From contig JBAXKK010000084.1 in NCBI GenBank assembly GCA_037137395.1, positions 1-10,337 on the forward strand: a stretch of 10,337 nt of DNA, given 5' to 3'. The notes below the pieces were generated by a model, which searched no databases, was not told where the DNA came from, and saw only the letters and a list, made by a program, of their open reading frames with translations. This DNA comes from Elusimicrobiota bacterium. GTDB lineage: Bacteria; Elusimicrobiota; Elusimicrobia; Elusimicrobiales; UBA9959. This document shows, one piece after another, positions 1 to 6,917 of the stretch (positions within the stretch are counted from its first letter, which is position 1; every line of letters starts with the position of its first letter). The translations under genes were made by a program, and so were the position numbers.

Positions 1-2
1 CC

Positions 3-356
3 ATATATTTCCTTCTGCCTGAAGGGAGCAAATCCGCGCTGCACCGGATAAAGTCAGACGAGGTGTGGCATTTTTACCTGGGCGGGCCGCTTACTTTGGC
101 GCAGATATTACCCAACGGAAGAACTGAGTATTCGACACTCGGACCTGATATAAAGGCCGGGCATAAGTTCCAGCATGTGGTTCAGGCCGGCTGCTGGTTC
201 GGAGCGTATCCGGAACCGGGCAGCGGCTTCTCGTTCGTCGGTTGCACCGTGGCCCCGGGCTTTGATTTTTCCGACTTTGAACTCGGCGTTCAGGAAAAAC
301 TTATGGCACAATTCCCGCACGCTGTAAATGTTATAAAAAAACTCACCCCCAGCTGA
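3..356 (+). CDS. Cupin_5 / DUF985 family protein, 5'-truncated by the window edge
   Basis: The frame of ORF 63..356 stays open back to base 3, reading IYFLLPEGSKSALHRIKSDEVWHFYLGGPL...QHVVQAGCWFGA...FSFVGCTVAPGFDFSDFEL. These are characteristic DUF985 motifs, so the GTG at 63 is an internal Val. Confidence 0.9.
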   Translation: MYFLLPEGSKSALHRIKSDEVWHFYLGGPLTLAQILPNGRTEYSTLGPDIKAGHKFQHVVQAGCWFGAYPEPGSGFSFVGCTVAPGFDFSDFELGVQEKLMAQFPHAVNVIKKLTPS

Positions 357-453
357 TGTTCTAAGGCGCTTCTCAAAATGTTAAAATCTGTTAAAGATAC
401 CTGCGGCTATCCCGGCACCTTCTGACATCAAACTGAATTTTGGAGATAAGATA

Positions 454-1290
454 ATGGATATCAAGCGTATAGGGTTGAGAATAATGTCCATCATGAAATT
501 GGATCAAGAATGGTTCGCTTTCGCATATACTTGCTATTCAAGATGTATCGGTTGGATAAAACACGACGATTGGACATTTTTACGCGGAGTATCCTTTGAA
601 TTAATGGAACCCTGCAATCGCAAATGCAGTTATTGCCCCGTATCTTCCATGCCTCCGCGCGCCGGAAAGATGTCCGAAGAATTGTTCGACAAAGTAATCG
701 ACGATTTATGTGATATGGATTTTTCGGGCGTAGTTGAGTACGCATTTTACGGCGAACCGCTGCTGGACACCCGTCTGCCCTGGTTTATAAACCACGCAAA
801 AACCAAACTTCCCCAAGCCTTGCATCGCGTATACACCAATGGTGATCTGCTGACCGCAGCCGTGTATGAGAACCTGGATCGCGCCGGAGTTGATTATATC
901 GTAGTCACGGATCATGACAACCGGCCGGATGCCGCCGCGCGTTTCGCGGCTTTTCCGAAGGTGCGTTTTCAGCAGGCAAAGGAATTGCACTTGTTAAACC
1001 GCGGCGGTCTGGTTGAGGTAAACCAGCAGCCCTTCAGCAAGGTTCTGCGATGGTTGTCAAAGCATCTCATTGGAGGATGTTCACAGGCGGCACAACCAAT
1101 AATCGGATACAACGGAATCGTGCATCTTTGCTGCCAGGACGCATTAAAAACCACCAATCTCGGAGATCTCACAAAAGAATCGCTTGCCGAAATAATGGCC
1201 AGCAGCAGGCCGCTTCGTAAAGCCGCGTTGTCGGGCCGCTATACCCTGGACATGTGCAAAAAATGCAGTAACTTTTCTGCCGGCACCTGA
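454..1290 (+). CDS. Radical SAM protein with C-terminal twitch/SPASM-type Cys domain
   Basis: CxxxCxxC motif (CNRKCSYC), YGEPLL and TNG motifs, C-terminal C-x11-G-x4-CC plus CxxC (CKKC). GGAG at 442-445 lies 8 nt before ATG 454. Confidence 0.88.
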   Translation: MDIKRIGLRIMSIMKLDQEWFAFAYTCYSRCIGWIKHDDWTFLRGVSFELMEPCNRKCSYCPVSSMPPRAGKMSEELFDKVIDDLCDMDFSGVVEYAFYGEPLLDTRLPWFINHAKTKLPQALHRVYTNGDLLTAAVYENLDRAGVDYIVVTDHDNRPDAAARFAAFPKVRFQQAKELHLLNRGGLVEVNQQPFSKVLRWLSKHLIGGCSQAAQPIIGYNGIVHLCCQDALKTTNLGDLTKESLAEIMASSRPLRKAALSGRYTLDMCKKCSNFSAGT

Positions 1291-1384
1291 CACGAATTCA
1301 TCTTAATGACCGGAGCGCTTTAAAAATATCCGGCTCGTTTATAAATTTATCCGCCGCGCAAACCCGCTCAGCATCACTCAAATA

Positions 1385-2104
1385 TCACCGCACCAGAAGA
1401 TCCTTCATTTTCTCTATATCCTGAAGATAGGCTGGATTTTTCAGGAGTTGGGCGTGAAATTCGTCTCCGAAAATTTTACCGGCGGCAATGTCGGTCGGAT
1501 AATGTACTCCACCGAGAACCCGATCAGCCGCTATCCCATCCGCCTTCCTGATGAATTCTTCCTTGCGGGAGGGGATTATATCGCCCAGCACGTTCGCGAA
1601 GATCCTGGAGTAGGAGGAGTGGCCGCTGGGGTAGGAATAGCCGCCGCTCTTTTTGATACACGGCGTGGCTTCCTTATAGGCTATGTAAGGCCGGGGCCGC
1701 TCAAATTTGTTTTTCATAACGTTCACGGATTCGCCGGCGTCGTAATCAAGGCGCCGGAAAAAATCCTTCACTTTATCCGGAAGCGGGGCGGGAAAAGGGT
1801 TTTTATCACCCCAAAAAAAATCATAATTAGCTTTGGCCGTGGCGCCGGCTCTGGCGCAATCGGCCTCAGTCCTTTTTTGCTGCAGCTCCAGAACGGCGGC
1901 GATATCCGCTTTTTGCTCCTCGGAACCGGCAGGGGGGGGCGGGGGAAATCGGGAGGATTTAAAAACTTCTGAACTGACATAGGCCGGCTTTTGAAACTTA
2001 TGCAGAATGCGGCTTATCGGTGAAGCCAGATTATTCCCGCCGCAGGCGCTCAGGAGGAGCGCGAGGACCAGTATTGAACCAGTATTTTTTTTCTTGAAGG
2101 TCAT
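1385..2104 (-). CDS. PAP2-superfamily / class A non-specific acid phosphatase, predicted lipoprotein
   Basis: Three PAP2 motifs: KNKFERPRP, SYPSGH, RVLGGVHYPTD. Starting at ATG 2104 gives a basic N-terminus, a hydrophobic stretch and a lipobox (MTFKKKNTGSILVLALLLSA-C). The longer ORF start at 2179 lies inside a repeat array. Confidence 0.9.
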   Translation of the reverse strand: MTFKKKNTGSILVLALLLSACGGNNLASPISRILHKFQKPAYVSSEVFKSSRFPPPPPAGSEEQKADIAAVLELQQKRTEADCARAGATAKANYDFFWGDKNPFPAPLPDKVKDFFRRLDYDAGESVNVMKNKFERPRPYIAYKEATPCIKKSGGYSYPSGHSSYSRIFANVLGDIIPSRKEEFIRKADGIAADRVLGGVHYPTDIAAGKIFGDEFHAQLLKNPAYLQDIEKMKDLLVR

Positions 2105-2111
2105 GGGAAGA

Positions 2112-2120
2112 ATTATATCA
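2112..2120 (-). promoter_or_regulatory. Extended -10 promoter (TGaTATAAT) for the phosphatase gene, probably leaderless
   Basis: The minus strand reads TGATATAAT-tcttccc-ATG: a perfect extended -10 element 7 nt before the start codon, with no Shine-Dalgarno. Confidence 0.65.
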
Positions 2121-2128
2121 TTCCATAG

Positions 2129-2282
2129 CTTTTTAGAGGCAAAGCCGTCTAGAGGTAAAGCAACTTGGATGAAAAGCAATCTAGCTAAATTGCTGTCTCG
2201 CTTTACATCTAAGCTGCTAGACGGCCTTGCATCTTGCGGCCGCTAAACTGCTTTGCGTCTAACCTGCTTTACATCTAAGCTA
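2129..2282. repeat. Inverted (two-armed) array of degenerate octamers between divergent genes (array A)
   Basis: Left arm is 7 octamers, mostly ending in AG (ctttttag aggcaaag ccgtctag aggtaaag caacttgg atgaaaag caatctag). Right arm is 12 octamers, mostly starting CT (ctaaattg ctgtctcg ctttacat ctaagctg ctagacgg ccttgcat cttgcggc [cg] ctaaactg ctttgcgt ctaacctg ctttacat ctaagcta). The orientation switches at 2184/2185. Confidence 0.85.
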
Positions 2283-2319
2283 TTGTTATTCATTTAAAAA
2301 ATTTAAATAATAGACCTTA

Positions 2320-3471
2320 ATGGATTTTGAGATAAATGAAAAGCGCATGGTCCAGACCTTCGTGGAACTGGCCAAGATAAGTTCTCTCTCCGGGCAGGAA
2401 GCCGGCGTCGCCCGCTACCTTGACCGCTCGTTTAAAACTCTGGGCGCGGAAGTTCACCATGACAATGCCGGGGAAAAGATAGGCGGCAACACCGGCAATC
2501 TTATAGCCAGATTCAAAGGCACTACGGACAGCGCTCCATTCCTTCTATCCGCCCACATGGATACCGTTGGCCCGGCCGGGAAAGTAAGACCAGTGATCCA
2601 CCCCGATCGCGTGACCTCCGACGGCTCAACTATACTGGGCGCCGACTGCAAGTCCGGAATCGCCATAATACTTGAAACCATAAGAATACTGCGGGACCGC
2701 AATATTCCGCACCCGCCCATAGAGGTGGTCTTAACCATAAGCGAGGAGATGGCGCTGATGGGCGCTAAATATCTGGATTACTCCAAGATACAGGCGCGCT
2801 ATGGTTTAATTTTCGACAACGAGCGCTCGCTGGAATGCGTCATCACTGAAGCGCCGGCCTCCAACAGGATGGATATCCGCGTCTACGGCATAGCCGCCCA
2901 CTCAGGCGTAGCGCCCGAGCGGGGCATCTCGGCCATAGAAGTAGTTTCAAAAGCCATAGCGGGCATGAAACTCGGACGCATAGATTACCAGACCACCGCG
3001 AATATAGGTTTTATAAGCGGCGGCAACGCCATCAACATCATCCCGTCTCTGGTTGAGATGAAGGGCGAAGTCCGCAGCCACAATCTTTTAAAACTCGTAA
3101 AACAAACCTCACATATGGAGGACTGCTTTAAAAAAGCCGTGCGCAAGGCGTTTATCAAGGTAAAAGGCAAAACGCTGAAACCCAGTTATGAGTTTCTCGT
3201 TGAGCGCAAGTTTCCCGGATTGGCCATCGGTCGTAGCAACCCGGTATTGCCGCTTATAGCGGCCGGAATGAAGGATATGGGTATTAAGATGAAAACTTTA
3301 GCCTCCGGCGGCGGCACCGACGCCAACATAATGTGCGGCCACGGCATCGAAGCACCGATACTCGCCACCGGCATGAGAGAAGTTCACACCACCGGAGAAT
3401 ACCTGGACCTCAAAGATTTCTTTAACTGCGCCCGCCTGGCCGTGAGAATAGTAAGCTCAGCCCGGTTTTAA
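2320..3471 (+). CDS. M20/M25/M40 family metallopeptidase (peptidase T-like)
   Basis: SAHMDTV, LGAD(C)K, SEE, AAHSG, TTANIG, GGGTDAN and VHT motifs in a 383 aa protein. Confidence 0.92.
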   Translation: MDFEINEKRMVQTFVELAKISSLSGQEAGVARYLDRSFKTLGAEVHHDNAGEKIGGNTGNLIARFKGTTDSAPFLLSAHMDTVGPAGKVRPVIHPDRVTSDGSTILGADCKSGIAIILETIRILRDRNIPHPPIEVVLTISEEMALMGAKYLDYSKIQARYGLIFDNERSLECVITEAPASNRMDIRVYGIAAHSGVAPERGISAIEVVSKAIAGMKLGRIDYQTTANIGFISGGNAINIIPSLVEMKGEVRSHNLLKLVKQTSHMEDCFKKAVRKAFIKVKGKTLKPSYEFLVERKFPGLAIGRSNPVLPLIAAGMKDMGIKMKTLASGGGTDANIMCGHGIEAPILATGMREVHTTGEYLDLKDFFNCARLAVRIVSSARF

Positions 3472-3555
3472 ATTCAAGATTGCCGATTACCGATTGAAGA
3501 TTTAAGATTCAAGATTTAAGATTGCCGCTTTACGCTTTACGATTCACGATTTACG
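3472..3555. repeat. Tandem array of 12 degenerate heptamers, consensus ATTNMMG (array C)
   Basis: attcaag attgccg attaccg attgaag atttaag attcaag atttaag attgccg ctttacg ctttacg attcacg atttacg. It begins at the first base after the TAA stop. Confidence 0.9.
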
Positions 3556-3592
3556 ATAATTTTTATTAAAAGTTGAAAGGAGACACTTGTAT

Positions 3593-5068
3593 ATGACCGA
3601 AGCAAAAGACGAATCCTTTATCGGCAAATTCATGGTTTTAAAAGGAGCGGTACGCGAACTTTGGCTGATCTTCGGCACGAAGATTCTCACCATCCTCGCC
3701 TACGGTCTGGTTGGCACATCCACGCTTGGGCTGTGGCTATCATCCGACGTGGGCCTGAGCGACCAGAACGCCGGCATAGTAATAGCCAGCTGGTCCTCCG
3801 TGCTGACACTATGCACAGTTATGGTGGGGTCGCTGGTTGACGCGGTAGGTATACGCAAGTCGCTGCTGGCCGGTTTCGGCCTCTGCGTAGTGGCCCGATT
3901 CGTGATGTCCTTCTTCTCGATACCGTGGATAGCCCTGCCGCTCGGCCTGCTGCCGCTAGCCCTGGGCGAAGCCCTCCAGACCCCGGTGATGGTGGCGGCG
4001 GTCAAGCGCTTCACCACCACGCGCCAGCGCGCCATAGCGTTCTCCGTTTATTACGCCATGATGAACATCGGTTTCGCCGTGGCCGGCTGGAGCTTCGACA
4101 AAGTGCGCGCGGTCCTGGGCGAATACGGCCACTACACCGTGCCCGTAGTCGGCGTGCAGATAAGCACCTACCAGACCATAATCCTGTTGGGGCTGCTCTT
4201 CACCATACCGAATTTGCTGATAACATATTTCGGACTGCGCGGCGGCCTGGAGGTTACCGATGAGGGCGTAAAGATAAAACCAGAGGTGTCCTTGTATCCG
4301 GAAAAATCATTCCTGGAAGCCTTCTATTTCTCCTGCCGCGACGCGCTGAAGGGCTGGTTTAAGATCTTCTCCAACCTCTGGACCCAGCCCACCTTCTACC
4401 GCTTCCTGGCCTTCTTCGGCTTCGTAGTGTTCGTAAAACTCATCCTCTACCACTTCTACTACACCTTCCCCAAGTTCGCCCTGCGCGAGCTGGGTGACGG
4501 CGCGCCCATAGGCCAGATCTTCTCCGTCCTGAACGCCGTCATCGTGGTTATACTGGCCCCTGTGATAGGCGCGCTGACGCAGAAATTCACGGCCTACAAG
4601 GCCGTGATCATAGGCACCACCATCTCCGCCATGGCAGTGTTCTTTATGGCGGTGCCGCCGGCGCTGTTCCAGGGGCTGGCCAACGGCTGGCTGGGCCACC
4701 TTATCGGCCACTCCTGGCTGGGGCTGACCGGACCGGTGCACCCGCTATACGTGGCCATAGTGCTATGCGTGGTCATCTATTCCGTGGGAGAATCGTTCTA
4801 TTCCCCAAGGCTCTATGAGTACCCCGCCGCCATAGCGCCAAAAGGCCAGGAGGGGTCGTATATGGCCCTCTCCATGCTGCCGTACTTCTTCGCCAAATTC
4901 TTCGTGGGTGCCATGTCCGGCTTCCTGCTGGCGCGCTACTGCCCCGTGGAGGGCCCCCGCAATTCCCAAATGATCTGGCTTATAGTGGCCGTGATGGCCA
5001 TGCTGACGCCCGTGGGCCTGCTGCTGGCCAGGCGCTACATACAGGTACATGAGGCAGGCCGGGACTAA
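3593..5068 (+). CDS. MFS transporter, resembling proton-dependent oligopeptide (POT/PTR-like) transporters
   Basis: Numerous hydrophobic segments, MFS motif A-like GSLVDAVGIRKSLL, and AFSVYYAMMNIG similar to the POT 'FY..IN.G' motif. AAGGAG at 3577-3582. The start is ATG 3593 or TTG 3587. Confidence 0.85.
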   Translation: MTEAKDESFIGKFMVLKGAVRELWLIFGTKILTILAYGLVGTSTLGLWLSSDVGLSDQNAGIVIASWSSVLTLCTVMVGSLVDAVGIRKSLLAGFGLCVVARFVMSFFSIPWIALPLGLLPLALGEALQTPVMVAAVKRFTTTRQRAIAFSVYYAMMNIGFAVAGWSFDKVRAVLGEYGHYTVPVVGVQISTYQTIILLGLLFTIPNLLITYFGLRGGLEVTDEGVKIKPEVSLYPEKSFLEAFYFSCRDALKGWFKIFSNLWTQPTFYRFLAFFGFVVFVKLILYHFYYTFPKFALRELGDGAPIGQIFSVLNAVIVVILAPVIGALTQKFTAYKAVIIGTTISAMAVFFMAVPPALFQGLANGWLGHLIGHSWLGLTGPVHPLYVAIVLCVVIYSVGESFYSPRLYEYPAAIAPKGQEGSYMALSMLPYFFAKFFVGAMSGFLLARYCPVEGPRNSQMIWLIVAVMAMLTPVGLLLARRYIQVHEAGRD

Positions 5069-5100
5069 ACAGAGCGATATACAAAGATAAGCGGTGTTAC

Positions 5101-5276
5101 CTGCCGCGCTGTCTCGCTGTCTTGCTGTCTCGCTGCCGCGCTGTCCCGCTGCCGCGCTGTCTCGCTGTCTTGCTGTCTCGCTGCCGCGCTGTCCCGCTGC
5201 CGCGCTGTCTCGCTGTCTTGCTGCCGCGCTGTCTTGCTGCCGCGCTGCCGCGCTGTCTTGCTGCCGCGCTGTATTG
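5101..5276. repeat. Tandem array of 22 octamers CTGYCNYG with higher-order periodicity (array D)
   Basis: Units A=ctgccgcg, B=ctgtctcg, C=ctgtcttg, D=ctgtcccg, E=ctgtattg occur in the order ABCBAD ABCBAD ABC ACA ACA E, with uninterrupted 8-bp phase over 176 bp. Confidence 0.95.
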
Positions 5277-5277
5277 A

Positions 5278-5306
5278 TTTACTAACCGCTCTTTTTTATC
5301 TACAAT
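5278..5306 (+). promoter_or_regulatory. Putative sigma70 promoter for the acyl-CoA ligase / nucleotidyltransferase pair
   Basis: TTTACT (5278-5283), 17 nt spacer, TACAAT (5301-5306), directly after array D. Confidence 0.5.
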
Positions 5307-5336
5307 TGGTTTTAAGTTGTCAAAAACAATTTTCAT

Positions 5337-6917
5337 ATGACCCAACCTAAAGACCTGTATTCATGGCTGGCAAAAACCGCAGACACGGATCCCGAACACA
5401 CCGCGTTTATAAATAACGATAAACCCATATCCTACCACGAACTCCTCTACTCGGTAGACAGGGCCGCGGACATGTTCTGGCAGTCCGGAGTCAGGAAGCA
5501 GGATGCCGTGGCCATAGTTTTGCGAAATTCCATAGAATTTATTATTGCCTGGTTCGCCCTGGCAAAGATCGGAGCTGTAGCCGTTCCCATAAACTACATG
5601 GTTTCCAAGGAAGACGAGATCATGTATATACTTGACAACGCGAAATGCAAAGGCGTCGTAACGGCCAAAGAATTCATCACCAGCTACAAAAATGTGAAAA
5701 ATCGCCTGGATAGCCTCAAGTTCCTGATGTCGGTAGACTTCACCGGCCAGGACGATATAATAGATTTCTGGCATTACCTCAAACACGCGCATTACCACCC
5801 TCAGACCCAGAAAGCGGAAGCGGACGAGCATGACGTGGTGTCCATACTATACACCTCCGGCACCACCGGGCATCCCAAAGGCGTGCTTCTGACCCATCAT
5901 AATCTGATCGAGAACGCAAAGGCTTCTATCCAGGCTATGGAACCTGTAAAAAAAGATGTTTTCATGGCTCTGCTGCCGATGTTCCACACTTTCTCGTGGA
6001 CGGGCAATGTCATCATACCTATCATCATGGGCTCAAAAACCTTTATCGTTAAAAGTATCACGCCTCCAAAACCCTGGCTCCAGGCCATGGGCCGCGAGGG
6101 CGTGACGATAGTGATAGCGGTGCCGCAGATATACAGCGTTCTGGCCAAAGAAGCGAAAGGTCTCAAAAAATTATTCCTCAAGTTCTGGTCCATGCGCAGA
6201 GTCAGGATGTGTCTGTCCGGAGCCGCACCTCTGAACCACTCCATAAAGAGCCATTTCGAAAAGGTTTTCGGACTGCATATCCTGGAGGGCTACGGCCTGA
6301 CAGAAACCAGCCCCATTGTCACGGTCACACACCCAAAAGCCAGGAAACATGGTTCGGTCGGCAGGGCTGTACCCGGGGTCAAGATTCGCATAATCGACGA
6401 GCACGGCCGCCATCTCAACCACGGCAGCGAGGGCGAGATCTGCGTGTGGGGTCCCAACATAACGGGCGGATACCACGAGAATCCTTCTGCCACCAAAGAA
6501 CTTTTCACTGAAGACGGCTGGCTGAAGACCGGCGATATCGGCGTACTGGATTCGGACGGCTTCCTCTTCATACGCGACCGAAAAAAAGACATGGTTATAG
6601 TCAAAGGCCTGAAAGTCTTCCCGGCACAGGTGGAGCAAGTTATAGTCAGCCACCCGAAAGTACAGGAGGCCGCCGTAATCGGCATCCCGGACGGTTCCGG
6701 CAACGAGACAATGAAATGCTTCTGCGTCCCCAAAAAGGACATGGCGCTGGACAAGGCCGAAATTATGCAGTTCATAAGAAGCAGCATGGATGCCTACAAG
6801 CGCCCGCGCGAAGTTGAGATAGTCAGCGCGCTGCCCAAAAACACCATGCAGAAAGTCCTTAAACGGGAACTGCTTAAACGGGAACTGGAAAAGCGCTCCA
6901 AGATGAAAATCTCATGA
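5337..6917 (+). CDS. Long-chain-fatty-acid--CoA ligase (AMP-binding / ANL superfamily)
   Basis: YTSGTTGHPKG, EGYGLTETSP, GWLKTGDIG, DRKKDMVI and LPKN..QKVLKREL motifs in a 526 aa protein. Confidence 0.92.
   Translation: MTQPKDLYSWLAKTADTDPEHTAFINNDKPISYHELLYSVDRAADMFWQSGVRKQDAVAIVLRNSIEFIIAWFALAKIGAVAVPINYMVSKEDEIMYILDNAKCKGVVTAKEFITSYKNVKNRLDSLKFLMSVDFTGQDDIIDFWHYLKHAHYHPQTQKAEADEHDVVSILYTSGTTGHPKGVLLTHHNLIENAKASIQAMEPVKKDVFMALLPMFHTFSWTGNVIIPIIMGSKTFIVKSITPPKPWLQAMGREGVTIVIAVPQIYSVLAKEAKGLKKLFLKFWSMRRVRMCLSGAAPLNHSIKSHFEKVFGLHILEGYGLTETSPIVTVTHPKARKHGSVGRAVPGVKIRIIDEHGRHLNHGSEGEICVWGPNITGGYHENPSATKELFTEDGWLKTGDIGVLDSDGFLFIRDRKKDMVIVKGLKVFPAQVEQVIVSHPKVQEAAVIGIPDGSGNETMKCFCVPKKDMALDKAEIMQFIRSSMDAYKRPREVEIVSALPKNTMQKVLKRELLKRELEKRSKMKIS

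Noticed and set aside
1309..1335. CCGGA...TCCGG inverted repeat between convergent genes as a terminator
   Set aside because: The stem is only about 5 bp with a long loop and there is no clear U-tract, so it is too weak to call.
1448..1972. 174-aa + strand ORF and other antisense or alternative-frame ORFs (e.g. 6874..7491, 6290..6787, 4307..4741)
   Set aside because: They are shadows of well-supported genes, with no recognisable motifs or translation signals.
2105..2179. N-terminal extension of the phosphatase ORF to 2179
   Set aside because: It runs through array A and would bury the lipoprotein signal. ATG 2104 has a well-placed -10 element.
5094..5345. ORFs 5094..5285 (+) and 5097..5345 (-) with repetitive peptides (AALSRCL / TARQRGS)
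   Set aside because: They are translations of the stop-free octamer array D. Neither has an RBS, and the minus one overlaps the ligase start and promoter.
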